Assembly: GCA_021814165.1 (NCBI GenBank)
Contig: JAKAIX010000002.1
Coordinates: 136,501 to 200,500, forward strand
DNA length: 64,000 nucleotides
From: a bacterium
GTDB lineage: Bacteria; Patescibacteriota; Minisyncoccia; UBA6257; GWB1-50-10
Reading direction: 5' to 3'
Below the pieces are notes generated by a model, which saw only the letters and a list, made by a program, of their open reading frames with translations, ran no database searches and was not told the DNA's origin. Shown here piece after piece: positions 9,960-19,324 of this stretch. The number at the start of each line of letters is the position of its first letter. The stretch's first letter is position 1. Both the position numbers and the translations under genes were made by a program.

Positions 9960-10116
9960 CCCCAAATCCGTATTGCTCTCAACTCGGGCGCTTGCTTACC
10001 AAATATACCAATATTAGAAAGATAGGACCGTGCTTGGTAAGCATCCCGAGGAGTTCACGACGAGGGGCTACTTCATTATTCGGTCTTACCCTCGTTCGAG
10101 CAATACGGATTTGGGG
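9960..10116. ncRNA. Candidate structured RNA: three-way junction with a possible kissing loop
   Basis: Perfect 19-bp outer stem (9960-9978 with 10098-10116), two inner hairpins, and 8-nt loop-loop complementarity. Confidence 0.55.
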
Positions 10117-10140
10117 TACGGAAAGGAAAGATAGGGTTGC

Positions 10141-12198
10141 TTAAGATTGAGGAGGCGCTTCCATCTGCTTTAGAGAAAGTCCGATCTTCCCTTCTTCAAC
10201 GCGGATGATTTTCGCTTTTACTCTGTCACCCACATGCACCACGTCCTCCACCTTTTTCACAAAGCCGTTTTTCAGTTCCGACACGTGAATCATCCCGTCT
10301 CGTCCTCCGCCCAGATCTACAATTGCTCCGAATTCGAGGATGCGAACCACGGGCCCTTCGACAACTTCCCCGATGTGATACTCGTGGAAGATCTGATCGA
10401 TAAACCCGATCGCTTTCGAAACGAGGGAGGCGTCGGTACCCGCGATAAATACGCTCCCGTCCTGTTCTATGTCGATCGAAACCTTGTTTTCAACCTGAGC
10501 GAGAATGCCGTTGATGGTCTTGCCGCCGGGACCGATAAGCTCGCCGATTTTTTCCGGATTTATATGAATCGTCGTAATCATCGGTGCAAATGGCGAGAGC
10601 TCCTTTCTGGGGGCGGCGAGTACCGCATTCATCACATCCAATATATGAAGGCGCGCCTTTTTCGCGGCAACGAGCGCTTCCTTGAATATTTGAAGCGTGA
10701 TGCCGCCGATCTTCACGTCCATCTGAATCGCGTTCACGCCGTCTTTCGTGCCTGCAACCTTGAAATCCATGTCGCCGTAGTGGTCTTCGGGCCCCTGAAT
10801 ATCGGTTAATATTTTATAACCCCCTTTCTCGTCGCTCATGAGCCCAATCGAGATTCCTGCGATTTGCCGCTCGATCGGTACGCCGGCATCCATAAGGGAA
10901 AGTGACGTCGCGCAAGTCGATGCCATCGATGACGACCCGTTCGAGGAAAGCGTCTCCGCAACGACGCGAATGGTGTAGGGAAAAGTGTCGGTTCCGGGAA
11001 GCATGGGACGTATCGCTTTCGCGGCAAGCGCTCCGTGTCCTATCTCGCGTCTCCCCGGCCCTCTGGATCGCCCCGTTTCTCCGACCGAGAAGCTAGGGAA
11101 ATTATAGTGAAGCATAAAGCGCTTTTTCTCCGTCGTTTCCATGGTCTCGACAATCTGCTCTGCCCCGGGGGTGCCGAGCGTAGTAACCGCAAGCACCTGA
11201 GTTTCTCCCCGTATGAAGAGCGCCGAGCCGTGCGTGCGGCGGAATAATCCCGTCTCTGCGAGAAGGTCGCGCACTTCGTCGAGCGCCCTTCCGTCGGCGC
11301 GCCTCCCTTTTTCGATTGCGAGAGCGTGCACGAAACGATCAACCTCTTCTTCAAAAACAATTTCCGCAATGCGAAGCGAGTCCTCGTTTTCTCCCAAGGC
11401 CTTTAGATGCTCGAAAAGTTTTCCGAGCAGTTCCTCAACTCGCTTTTCTTTGAGCGCCGTTTCAAGCTCGTCTTTCAGAAATTCACTCACCGTATGTCGC
11501 AGATTCGGGTCCGCCTCCGGGAGTGCGACGTCCGCCTTCGGTTTCCCAACCTCCTTTATGATGGTCGTCTGAAAGTCGATGAGTTTTTTTATCTCTTCGT
11601 GCGCTTCGGTAAATATGCGTTCCGCGTCGCTCTCAGGACGTTCTTTCCCCTCAAACTCAATCATATTCACAAACTCCTTCGTCCCTGAGAAAAACGCCTG
11701 ATATCCGTATGAATGATCCGTTTTCGGCTCGATCGCCTTCACGCCTGCGACGGGTCCGCTCCACGGCACATCGGAGATTGCGAGCGCCGTCGATGCGGCA
11801 AGAAGTGCGATCACGTCCGGATCGTTCTTCTCGTCATAAGCGAGGACGGTGATAACTACTTGCACCTCGCGCCGGAGGCGCGGATCGAAAAGCGGCCGGA
11901 GCGTTCTGTCGATAAGGCGGGCCGAAAGCGTCGCTTCATCGGATGGTCGTCCCTCGCGCCGCACAAAGCGGCTTCCGATAATTTTCCCCGCCGCGTAGAA
12001 ACGCTCTTCGTAGTCGACGGTGAGTGGAAAGAAGTTTCCCGACTTGTTTTCTCCCGACATTACGACGGTTGCGAGCACCGCCGTGTCCCCGTACTTTCCG
12101 ATAACCGCGGCATTCGCTTTGCTGGCAAGTTTCGAAATTTCGATTTGAACCGATTCGCCCTTGAGAGTTGTAGAATACGTTTTTTTCGCTAAATCCAT
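10141..12198 (-). CDS. pnp: Polyribonucleotide nucleotidyltransferase (PNPase)
   Basis: Motifs FFPLTVDYEE, RREIGHGALA, SNGSSSMAS, GDMDFKVAG, plus KH and S1 domains; likely start MDLAKK. Confidence 0.97.
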   Translation of the reverse strand: MDLAKKTYSTTLKGESVQIEISKLASKANAAVIGKYGDTAVLATVVMSGENKSGNFFPLTVDYEERFYAAGKIIGSRFVRREGRPSDEATLSARLIDRTLRPLFDPRLRREVQVVITVLAYDEKNDPDVIALLAASTALAISDVPWSGPVAGVKAIEPKTDHSYGYQAFFSGTKEFVNMIEFEGKERPESDAERIFTEAHEEIKKLIDFQTTIIKEVGKPKADVALPEADPNLRHTVSEFLKDELETALKEKRVEELLGKLFEHLKALGENEDSLRIAEIVFEEEVDRFVHALAIEKGRRADGRALDEVRDLLAETGLFRRTHGSALFIRGETQVLAVTTLGTPGAEQIVETMETTEKKRFMLHYNFPSFSVGETGRSRGPGRREIGHGALAAKAIRPMLPGTDTFPYTIRVVAETLSSNGSSSMASTCATSLSLMDAGVPIERQIAGISIGLMSDEKGGYKILTDIQGPEDHYGDMDFKVAGTKDGVNAIQMDVKIGGITLQIFKEALVAAKKARLHILDVMNAVLAAPRKELSPFAPMITTIHINPEKIGELIGPGGKTINGILAQVENKVSIDIEQDGSVFIAGTDASLVSKAIGFIDQIFHEYHIGEVVEGPVVRILEFGAIVDLGGGRDGMIHVSELKNGFVKKVEDVVHVGDRVKAKIIRVEEGKIGLSLKQMEAPPQS

Positions 12199-12321
12199 AT
12201 GAATGATTGTGTGCGCTGCCCGATTATCGGCATATTCGCATACTCGCATCGTTATCGGGTTGCGGTACCGATGCCAATATACGAATAAACCGAATTATAA
12301 GAACAACGCCGTTACGACTTA

Positions 12322-12837
12322 TTATCGCTCCCTGATTTTTAGAAGCGCGCGCGGTATTTTTTCCACCTCGACGAAGGTGTCCGCCGCCTCCTTTATTTTT
12401 GCCGATGCCGTTCTCGAGAACGCCGCAACATGCACTTCTTTCCCGAGCCCCCATTTCAGGTACTCGATGAGTGGAACGAAGTCGCCGTCGCCCGTGATGA
12501 GCACGACCACGTCAAGCGAAGACGCCATCCGAATCGCATCGACTGCCATCCCGACGTCCCAGTCCCCCTTTTTCGTCCCGTCGGCGAAGATCTGGAGATC
12601 TTTGGTGCGGAGATCGAAACCGCTCTTCCTCAGGGCGTCGAAAAAGGTATCCTCTCTTGTCGCGGGATCGCTTTTCACGACGTACGCGAATGCGCGCACG
12701 AATTGGCGGGTCCCTATAACCGACCGAAGAAGTTCTTTAAAGTTCACCCGCGCACGGTACAAGTTTTTCGCAGAATGGTAAATATTCTGCGCATCAAGGA
12801 AGATGCCCACGCGCTGATTCGGATTCATGTGTGACAT
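12322..12837 (-). CDS. NYN domain protein (LabA/DUF88)
   Basis: Motifs FLDAQN, KGDWDVGMAVD, TGDGDFVPL. Confidence 0.9.
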   Translation of the reverse strand: MSHMNPNQRVGIFLDAQNIYHSAKNLYRARVNFKELLRSVIGTRQFVRAFAYVVKSDPATREDTFFDALRKSGFDLRTKDLQIFADGTKKGDWDVGMAVDAIRMASSLDVVVLITGDGDFVPLIEYLKWGLGKEVHVAAFSRTASAKIKEAADTFVEVEKIPRALLKIRER

Positions 12838-12840
12838 GCG

Positions 12841-13107
12841 TTACGCTCCGAGTTCGAGTTTCTTCGAAATTCTCGTGTACTTTTTCTCGTCGGTGTCGCG
12901 GAGATACTGAAGAAAACGGCGTCGCTTTCCCACCATCATTAAAAGTCCTCGGCGGGAGTGGAAATCCTTGGGGTGTTTCTTCAGGTGATCGGCGAGGAAT
13001 TTGATGCGCTTTGAAATAAGCGCAATCTGCACCTCGCTGGAGCCGGTGTCAGTTGTGTGCTCCTGGTGTTCTTTAATAACCGTTTGCTTCTGGCGCTTGC
13101 TAAGCAT
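12841..13107 (-). CDS. rpsO: 30S ribosomal protein S15
   Basis: Motifs DTGSSEVQIA, HPKDFHSRRGLLMMVGKRRR. Confidence 0.98.
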   Translation of the reverse strand: MLSKRQKQTVIKEHQEHTTDTGSSEVQIALISKRIKFLADHLKKHPKDFHSRRGLLMMVGKRRRFLQYLRDTDEKKYTRISKKLELGA

Positions 13108-13143
13108 AATGCGCTGATTTTACTACAATGTTCGGGGATTGTA

Positions 13144-13290
13144 AAGTGCGATTGGTTCTTTTTCTCGTTCGCAGAAATCTTCGCTCGCACGTATTCTCCT
13201 TGCTCCTCCTTATTCCTATTTCCTGCGTCGTTGCTCGGGAATTCGTCTGCTCGCTCCGATATGCTTACGAGAAAAAAACCAATCGCACTT
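13144..13290. mobile_element. MITE/REP-like element of about 147 bp with long terminal inverted repeats
   Basis: aagtgcgattggttctttttctcgt (13144-13168) is a near-perfect reverse complement of acgagaaaaaaaccaatcgcactt (ending 13290). Confidence 0.55.
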
Positions 13291-13352
13291 CTTTGGTTTT
13301 GTTGTTGGGCACGCCCCCGTTTTGCGACAGATAGTGATACAATACAAGTGAA

Positions 13353-14240
13353 ATGAGCGAGATCGAAAAATATTTGAAGGAATACCTCGATTATCTCGAG
13401 GTGGAAAAAAACCGCTCCCCGAAAACGCGCGAGAACTACGAGCGCTATCTCTCTCGGTTTGTGGCGACAATAAAAATTAAAACGCTCGGTGATGTCACCG
13501 AGGAGTCGATACGGGAATTCAGGGTGCGGCTCTCGCATGAGAATTTGAAGAAGATCAGCCAGAGTTATTATGTGATCGCGATCAGGAACTTTCTGAAATA
13601 TCTCGTGAAGCGGGGCGTTAAGGCGCTTCCGCCGGACAGAATCGAGCTTCCGAAGGTTTCGCGCCGCGATATCGAGACGCTTGAGTACGGGGAGCTTGAG
13701 CGGCTCGTCGCCGCGCCGAAGATATCAACATTCCGCGGACTCCGCGATAAGGCGATTTTAGAAACGCTTTTTTCGACGGGGCTTCGTCTTTCCGAGCTTT
13801 GCGCGCTCCCCCGCTATATCGATCTCGATCGCGGTGAGATCACCGTGCGCGGAAAGGGAGATAAACTTCGAATCGTATTTCTTTCGGACGCCGCGAAAAA
13901 GACTATTAAGGCATATCTCGAAAAACGGCCCGACACCAACGAAGCGCTCTTCGTAAGTTTGAGTAAAAAGGGGAAAGTGCTCGGACGGGTAACGCCGAGG
14001 TCCGTCGAGCGGCTCGTTTCATACTATGCGCGCGCCGCGGGGATTCCGAAAAGAGTGCATCCCCACCAGCTCCGCCACTCGTTTGCCACCGATCTTCTTA
14101 TAAACGGCGCCGATATCCGGTCGGTGCAGGCGCTTCTGGGACACGCGAACATCTCGACGACCCAGATCTACACCCATCTTACAAACAAAGAGCTCCGCGA
14201 GGTTCATAGAGCGTTCCACGGAAGGAGGAGGAAAAACTAG
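13353..14240 (+). CDS. XerC/XerD-family tyrosine recombinase
   Basis: Motifs TGLRLSEL, GKGDKLR, HPHQLRHSFAT, LLGHANISTTQIY. Confidence 0.93.
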   Translation: MSEIEKYLKEYLDYLEVEKNRSPKTRENYERYLSRFVATIKIKTLGDVTEESIREFRVRLSHENLKKISQSYYVIAIRNFLKYLVKRGVKALPPDRIELPKVSRRDIETLEYGELERLVAAPKISTFRGLRDKAILETLFSTGLRLSELCALPRYIDLDRGEITVRGKGDKLRIVFLSDAAKKTIKAYLEKRPDTNEALFVSLSKKGKVLGRVTPRSVERLVSYYARAAGIPKRVHPHQLRHSFATDLLINGADIRSVQALLGHANISTTQIYTHLTNKELREVHRAFHGRRRKN

Positions 14241-14250
14241 GTTCGGTATT

Positions 14251-14287
14251 GGAGGCTGAGCCTCCGCGAGTAGGAAGCTCAGCCTCC
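14251..14287. repeat. Double-palindrome REP-like element (GGAGGCTGAGCCTCC subtype)
   Basis: Reverse complement of 54350-54386 (inside tsaD) with 1 mismatch over 37 bp. Confidence 0.85.
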
Positions 14288-14298
14288 CTGTTTTAATA

Positions 14299-14383
14299 TG
14301 GTGCCCCCGAGAGGATTTGAACCTCTAACTCTTTCGAGACAGCGTCCTAAGCGCTGCGCGTATTCCAGTTCCGCCACGGGGGC
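14299..14383 (-). tRNA. tRNA-Leu (UAG)
   Basis: gcccccgtggcggaactgg...cagcg-ctTAGga-cgctg, long variable arm, ggttcaaatcc...gggggcacca. Confidence 0.95.
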
Positions 14384-14427
14384 TCTTTTTTCCTCATTCT
14401 ATGCGCTTTTTCGCCCCAAGACGAGGT

Positions 14428-14456
14428 TTGACAAAAAGCTGTTTTAGTGATAGAAT
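14428..14456 (+). promoter_or_regulatory. Sigma70 promoter of the AT-rich three-gene island
   Basis: TTGACA-17 nt-TAGAAT with an extended -10 TG. Confidence 0.7.
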
Positions 14457-14553
14457 ACAGCCAAGTAAACTTAACAGCTTAATATTGGTTGCAACGCGGA
14501 ATGGCTGAAATGAAATTAAATTAATTGAATAAATAACTAAGGTAGGAGCCTTT

Positions 14554-15153
14554 ATGAAGGTATTAAAGAAAAAGATTTTTCCCGTAACCAGCCTAGCAAT
14601 AGACTGGGTCCTTACGGAGGAAAATCAGGTTGGCGATTTCTGGGAAATCAAGGGCATTGCTCTTGTAAAAGACCCCAGGAGAAAACCCGCCAAAGACATA
14701 AGTATCAAATTCTTCCTTGACGGGAAAGAATACGAATCTGCAGAAAAAACGGATAATGATGGCCGTGCTGTGAAAACTTTTTCCGGCTTGTCATCAGGAA
14801 GTCATTCGTTTGAAGTATTGATTGTAGGGACCGCAGTAAGAAAGGTCTGCTCAAAGGGTTTTAAGGGACAATCAAAAAGTCCCGCGAAGCTTCTTTGGAA
14901 GCAGTCTGGAAAAAGTGGAAATTATGTAATTTTCTTCCAGGTTCTCACCGCAGATAATAAACCGGCTAAGAATGCCGTTATCAAGATATTGGATAAAACA
15001 ATCGAAGAAAGTTTTTCCAAAAATCTTGATCCTACCGATAGTAACGGAACCGTATCCATGAAAGTGGACTTCTCCGAAGGAGAAAAAAGAAGAGACATCA
15101 TCGCTATGGTGATAGGTTCCGAAATTAGAGAAAAAATTCATTTATTCAATTGA
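14554..15153 (+). CDS. Hypothetical beta-rich protein, possibly two Ig-like domains
   Basis: Internal repeat V.D...KPAK...I.....TD.NG, resembling bacterial Ig-like modules. Confidence 0.55.
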   Translation: MKVLKKKIFPVTSLAIDWVLTEENQVGDFWEIKGIALVKDPRRKPAKDISIKFFLDGKEYESAEKTDNDGRAVKTFSGLSSGSHSFEVLIVGTAVRKVCSKGFKGQSKSPAKLLWKQSGKSGNYVIFFQVLTADNKPAKNAVIKILDKTIEESFSKNLDPTDSNGTVSMKVDFSEGEKRRDIIAMVIGSEIREKIHLFN

Positions 15154-15165
15154 AGGAGATAAAAA

Positions 15166-15669
15166 ATGAGCTGGAATTGGAAAGAAATAGCCAAAGAAGC
15201 AGGCATCTCCCTTGGGTTTGACGTCCTGTTTCACGAGATACTTTCAAAGAAGGTACCGGAGTTCGCTGAAAAGGCTCTTCGCCGTATAACCGAGCACGAC
15301 CGCAACGGATTGTTCATATTTATTGCCGACATGAGCGATGAAACTGCAAGAGAAAATCTTATTCGTCGCCATCGCGAGTGCAAAGGGAAGGCTGGTAAAG
15401 AGGATCGTTTTGTGAACCTCTTAACGAGACTCTACTTAACGGTAAAAGATGATCCATCGAAACACTGGATATTTACATATCTCGGTCATTTATCAGATGA
15501 CGAGTTCGATCAGGCGCTGTACTTTTTCGAAAATGATGTAATAAAGCAGTGGTTCGATAAGGTCAGCGATTTCGGCGCTGATACCGCCGGATTCGTTAAA
15601 CAAACAATTAAGAAGATTGACGAGGGAGGGAAAAACTTCTTTGATCAATTCTTGAGAGAGGAGGCATAA
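15166..15669 (+). CDS. Hypothetical helical protein
   Basis: 167-aa ORF with SD AAGGAG, in operon arrangement. Confidence 0.7.
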   Translation: MSWNWKEIAKEAGISLGFDVLFHEILSKKVPEFAEKALRRITEHDRNGLFIFIADMSDETARENLIRRHRECKGKAGKEDRFVNLLTRLYLTVKDDPSKHWIFTYLGHLSDDEFDQALYFFENDVIKQWFDKVSDFGADTAGFVKQTIKKIDEGGKNFFDQFLREEA

Positions 15670-15670
15670 A

Positions 15671-16783
15671 ATGATCGCAGGATTTTTTCATTGGCTAGGA
15701 AGACTCTTTCGCAGAGTCCTTGTATATACCATTATTGCAACGCAAGCTATAACTCCCCTTATTATTGATTTATGGGAGATAGGAAGCAGGATTGTGAGAG
15801 TAGCTCTATTCATTCTTCTCGCATTCCCTTTCCTGATTATGATCGTAGCATTTAGTGGCGTTCCCTGGTTAGTTGCTACAGTAACGATGCTTGTTCTTGT
15901 CGCGATGCTGTGCGCAGGGATTGTATTTATAAACCCCCTGCTTATCGGTATCGTAGCAATGAACTCTCATATTCGCAGCGGACTAAGAAGAATAGCTGAA
16001 ATATTGGCGATTGAATTATTGGTAGGCGTGTATTTTACGCTTATGTCTTCATTTTTAAGCGTAAAAGTGAAGATAATAATTCTTCTCCTTTTATTCACAA
16101 TACTTTTCTTATCACTCGCAGGACAGAAATTTGCCAAGGCGATGAGAACAGTTTTAGTTCTTGTGCTCATTTGTGTTTCGGCGCTATCCGTTGTTTCTTA
16201 TGTTATGCCGAGAATATTTGAAGGATTGCCTGATGGTTTATCAGACGTCGGTATTTCCTACAAACAGACAGATTCTGAGAAAGAACTCGTTTCTCAGGGC
16301 GACTGGTTACAGGGAAAGTGGGACGAAGAAACCCAATTGAAGTTGGAAGGAGTACGATCAGCTTACGAAAAAGGGAAGATAAGTCTGGACTCAGCTCTCG
16401 TGTTGACGAAGCTGATTCAGAGACGATCAGAGAGCTTCCGGAAGGAACTCTCCGAGAAATCTTCTTCCGATCCTTCTATGACAACAACTCCTGCTACCCC
16501 GGCTTCGTCTGGTTCATTCCAATCGTTTAATGGGATAAGAAGAAATTACTCTCTAAATGACAAAGAATGGACGAGAATAGAGATTCCTTTCGGAAAGTGC
16601 TACTGGGGAATAACCGGTACGGTGGTAATTAAGGGGTATAAAAAGGTTGGGAACAACCTTGTGCCCGACGATGTCACCTACACGGTAAAGCCCTCTGACG
16701 ATCTTGATCTTGGGAATAAATATCGCGCCCTCGACGTGAAAGCGGAAAAAGGGTTCTGTGATTTTACTCTGAAGGCTGGCTGA
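15671..16783 (+). CDS. Hypothetical membrane protein (about 5-6 TM helices plus a C-terminal soluble domain)
   Basis: Hydrophobic N-terminal half; SD GGAGG. Confidence 0.7.
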   Translation: MIAGFFHWLGRLFRRVLVYTIIATQAITPLIIDLWEIGSRIVRVALFILLAFPFLIMIVAFSGVPWLVATVTMLVLVAMLCAGIVFINPLLIGIVAMNSHIRSGLRRIAEILAIELLVGVYFTLMSSFLSVKVKIIILLLLFTILFLSLAGQKFAKAMRTVLVLVLICVSALSVVSYVMPRIFEGLPDGLSDVGISYKQTDSEKELVSQGDWLQGKWDEETQLKLEGVRSAYEKGKISLDSALVLTKLIQRRSESFRKELSEKSSSDPSMTTTPATPASSGSFQSFNGIRRNYSLNDKEWTRIEIPFGKCYWGITGTVVIKGYKKVGNNLVPDDVTYTVKPSDDLDLGNKYRALDVKAEKGFCDFTLKAG

Positions 16784-16818
16784 TACGCTGATACGGATTT
16801 ATTTGTAATTAATAAAAT

Positions 16819-16860
16819 GAAGGTCTTATTCGAAATTTGAATGAGACCTTCTTATTTTTT
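16819..16860 (+). terminator. Intrinsic terminator of the island operon
   Basis: gaaggtcttattc-gaaattt-gaatgagaccttc followed by a T-tract. Confidence 0.75.
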
Positions 16861-16885
16861 ATACACATGACGACAACTAATATAG

Positions 16886-16919
16886 GGAGGCCGGACTTCC
16901 TGACGGAGGTCCGGCCTCC
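16886..16919. repeat. 34-bp double-palindrome REP-like element
   Basis: ggaggccggacttcc-tgac-ggaggtccggcctcc. Confidence 0.8.
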
Positions 16920-16932
16920 AGAGCCCCCATGA

Positions 16933-18486
16933 CTACAGTCCGTACGTGTAAGGGATAGCGATTAGAAAGCCCCACACAGAAAGAATTCCTATTACGCCAT
17001 ACGCGAGCATCCGCGTGCGTTTTGTTTTATTCTCGAGCCAGCGCGTAATAAGCGTTGCAAGGAGCGCAATTGCAAGAAGAAGTGCGGGAAAGTAGTGATA
17101 TAAAAACGTCGCGCGTGTTACAAAAGTGAAAAACGGAAGGAGCGCGAACACGTACCCAAAAAGAAGAATCGCGATCGGATTTTCCTTTTCATCATACGTC
17201 GCGCGCCGCGCGATTCGCTTAATATATTTAAAAAGCGTCCCAAGGACAACGAACGTACTCGCAACCCATATAAATATGTTTCCTATGAGCATAATATCGC
17301 CGCTACTCGTAAAACGCATTGGTTTCATCATAAAGGGCCAGAGATACCATGGGCTCATCATCGGGTTCGTGCCTCCCACGGTGTAGCCGGCGACCCCAAG
17401 AAGAAGCTGATACAACGATGCCTTCATAATCGAAGGATTCGCGGTTATGTTCGGAATATTAAAGAGCGACCCCATAACGGAAAGTTGTTCGCTGGGAGTA
17501 AAAAGCAAACCATTAATGCCGACGAAAAGAACAAGAAACACGGCTATTGCAAAGCCGAAGAAGCGGAGCATATCGCGATGCTGTCGTTCTCGCGTGAGAA
17601 TATTTTTTAGAACTAATGCGACGACGATCGGCCCCGCAAACACGACTGCGGTGAGTTTTATGCTTACGGCGAGGCCGAAGAAGATCGCAGATAGTAGTAA
17701 ATTGTGCGGCCAATACCACCGAGAAAATGTGCGCTCCGGGGCGCCTGCCTGCGCAGGCAGGCTTGGCAACGTCTTACCCACTTTTTCTCCCGCACCAATC
17801 CCTTGCCGCACGCCGGCATTTTTTTTGAAGAAAAAGTAGAGCGCGAGGAAACCTAATGAGAGATATATCCCATCCATAAGAATAAGGCGTGTATCGAGAA
17901 GAAGCGCGTTCTCGAGCGTGACGAAGAAAGCAGTAAGAAGCGCGGCGCTGTCACCCGCGAGCTCCCGGACAAAAAGGAACACGGAAAAAATAAGGAGGAG
18001 CCCGAAGAGCGCGCTCACCATCCTCTCCATTACATAAGGGAAGCGTTCATACGGCTTGTCAATTCCTTTTGTAGTGAACGATGTCCCATCGGGTGTTTTT
18101 TCATTTACTACATATGTAGCCTCTGTAAGATCGTTTTTGTCGTAGAAAAAAAGAGGGACGGAATAAAGGAATCTCCCGAGGGGAGGATGAATATCGAAAT
18201 AAGGAACATGAAGTGCGTTATCCGCGGCATATGTTGCGAAATACGCCTCATCGAAAACGGGGTGGCTGGGCGTACCAATACGCACGAGGTGCAACGCAGC
18301 GCTTAGGAGAAGGATGAGAGAGAGGATAAGAAACGGATGACGGACAAAACAAGGAGACCCGGCTTCCCCTGCCTGCGCAGGCAGGTCGCGGAGGCCGGGT
18401 TTCCCCGACGACAATATATGGAAGCCCGGCTTCCTCGCGGAGGCCGGGCTTCCTATGTTACTTTCCCTACTTTCCCTGGAGAACAT
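16933..18486 (-). CDS. Protein O-mannosyltransferase-like glycosyltransferase (PMT/GT39); start uncertain
   Basis: Motifs VFDEAYF, FDIHPPLG, R.ILMD, SPWYLWP, FLYHYFPAL; multi-TM. Confidence 0.85.
   Translation of the reverse strand: MFSRESRESNIGSPASARKPGFHILSSGKPGLRDLPAQAGEAGSPCFVRHPFLILSLILLLSAALHLVRIGTPSHPVFDEAYFATYAADNALHVPYFDIHPPLGRFLYSVPLFFYDKNDLTEATYVVNEKTPDGTSFTTKGIDKPYERFPYVMERMVSALFGLLLIFSVFLFVRELAGDSAALLTAFFVTLENALLLDTRLILMDGIYLSLGFLALYFFFKKNAGVRQGIGAGEKVGKTLPSLPAQAGAPERTFSRWYWPHNLLLSAIFFGLAVSIKLTAVVFAGPIVVALVLKNILTRERQHRDMLRFFGFAIAVFLVLFVGINGLLFTPSEQLSVMGSLFNIPNITANPSIMKASLYQLLLGVAGYTVGGTNPMMSPWYLWPFMMKPMRFTSSGDIMLIGNIFIWVASTFVVLGTLFKYIKRIARRATYDEKENPIAILLFGYVFALLPFFTFVTRATFLYHYFPALLLAIALLATLITRWLENKTKRTRMLAYGVIGILSVWGFLIAIPYTYGL
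18353..18453. repeat. Two REP-like elements; the first (18353-18404) contains the nested 18-bp palindrome CCTGCCTGCGCAGGCAGG, the second spans 18420-18453
   Basis: Direct comparison with 18864-18897 and 62210-62261. Confidence 0.85.
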
Positions 18487-18760
18487 TGTACGTGAGGGGG
18501 TAGATTGCCGTTGCGAGGAGTGCTACCGCCGCGGCAATACAGGCGTAAAGCACCATTCTTTTTGCCTTCGTCACTCTTTCCCGGTCGCCGCCCGCAGTCA
18601 GGAAAAGAATGGCGGCCCAGATAAGCGCTCCTACCGCGAGTATCCAGAACGTGGTGTAAAGGAAGTTCACTATCCTATATACCGAGCTTTCAACTTGGGT
18701 GAGCGAAGTAAGCGAGGATTGTTGCGCATGCGCGACGAGAATTAATGGAATCAGTTTCAT
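18467..18760 (-). CDS. VirB2/TrbC-like pilin
   Basis: AHA-Q signal and two TM helices around TAGGDRERVTKAK. Confidence 0.8.
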   Translation of the reverse strand: MKLIPLILVAHAQQSSLTSLTQVESSVYRIVNFLYTTFWILAVGALIWAAILFLTAGGDRERVTKAKRMVLYACIAAAVALLATAIYPLTYNVLQGK

Positions 18761-18863
18761 GATTTTATTGTACTACATGGCTTCTAAAATTAGGAGGCCG
18801 GGTCTCTGACCGAGTTTTCTCGCGGACAAAGTACTAGCAACTAGCCCGACCTCCATATATTAA

Positions 18864-18897
18864 GAAAGCCCGGCTTCCTCGCGGAGGCCGGGCTTCC
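18864..18897. repeat. 34-bp double-palindrome REP-like element
   Basis: Near-identical to 18420-18453. Confidence 0.85.
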
Positions 18898-18917
18898 ACT
18901 TTAAAAAACAAAAGAGC

Positions 18918-19292
18918 TTATGAGAGCGTTCCGCTCAAGGCGCTCTTCACAATCGTTTGTAATCCGGTTGAAAGAAGCGCAATCGCTGCGGCGATAATAG
19001 CGTAGATAACCCTGTTTTTTGCCTCCTTTATCTTCTCTTCGTTTCCTGCGCCGGTAAGATAAAGAACTGCCGCCCAGATAAGGAAGAGAACAGTCAAAAC
19101 CCAGAAGATGACAATCACCCAGTTTACGATAGTCGCCAAACTTGACGTCGCCCCCGACAAAGAGGAGACGGGCGCCTGGTTCTGAACGGTACCGCTAGGA
19201 CCGACAGGGCCCGTTTGCGCCAACGCTGCGAGAGGCGAGAGCATACTCACTGCGAGTGCTGTTGCGGCGATTGCTTGTAAAGTTTTTTTCAT
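18918..19292 (-). CDS. VirB2/TrbC-like pilin
   Basis: Likely start MKKTLQAIAA; ALA-Q signal; YLTGAGNEEKIKEAKNRVIYAII. Confidence 0.82.
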   Translation of the reverse strand: MKKTLQAIAATALAVSMLSPLAALAQTGPVGPSGTVQNQAPVSSLSGATSSLATIVNWVIVIFWVLTVLFLIWAAVLYLTGAGNEEKIKEAKNRVIYAIIAAAIALLSTGLQTIVKSALSGTLS

Positions 19293-19324
19293 GTGTTTCC
19301 TTGTTGTTGCTCGACCTTTTGGAG

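Noticed and set aside
9960-10116. Twister ribozyme, SRP RNA or 6S RNA identity for the structured element
   Set aside because: The twister pseudoknot partners, the SRP GGAA-loop motif and the symmetric 6S bubble could not be found by eye.
13353-14383. Tyrosine recombinase next to a tRNA as a prophage or ICE integrase
   Set aside because: Size and motifs fit a housekeeping XerC/D; no duplicated tRNA 3' end (att site) or phage genes were found.
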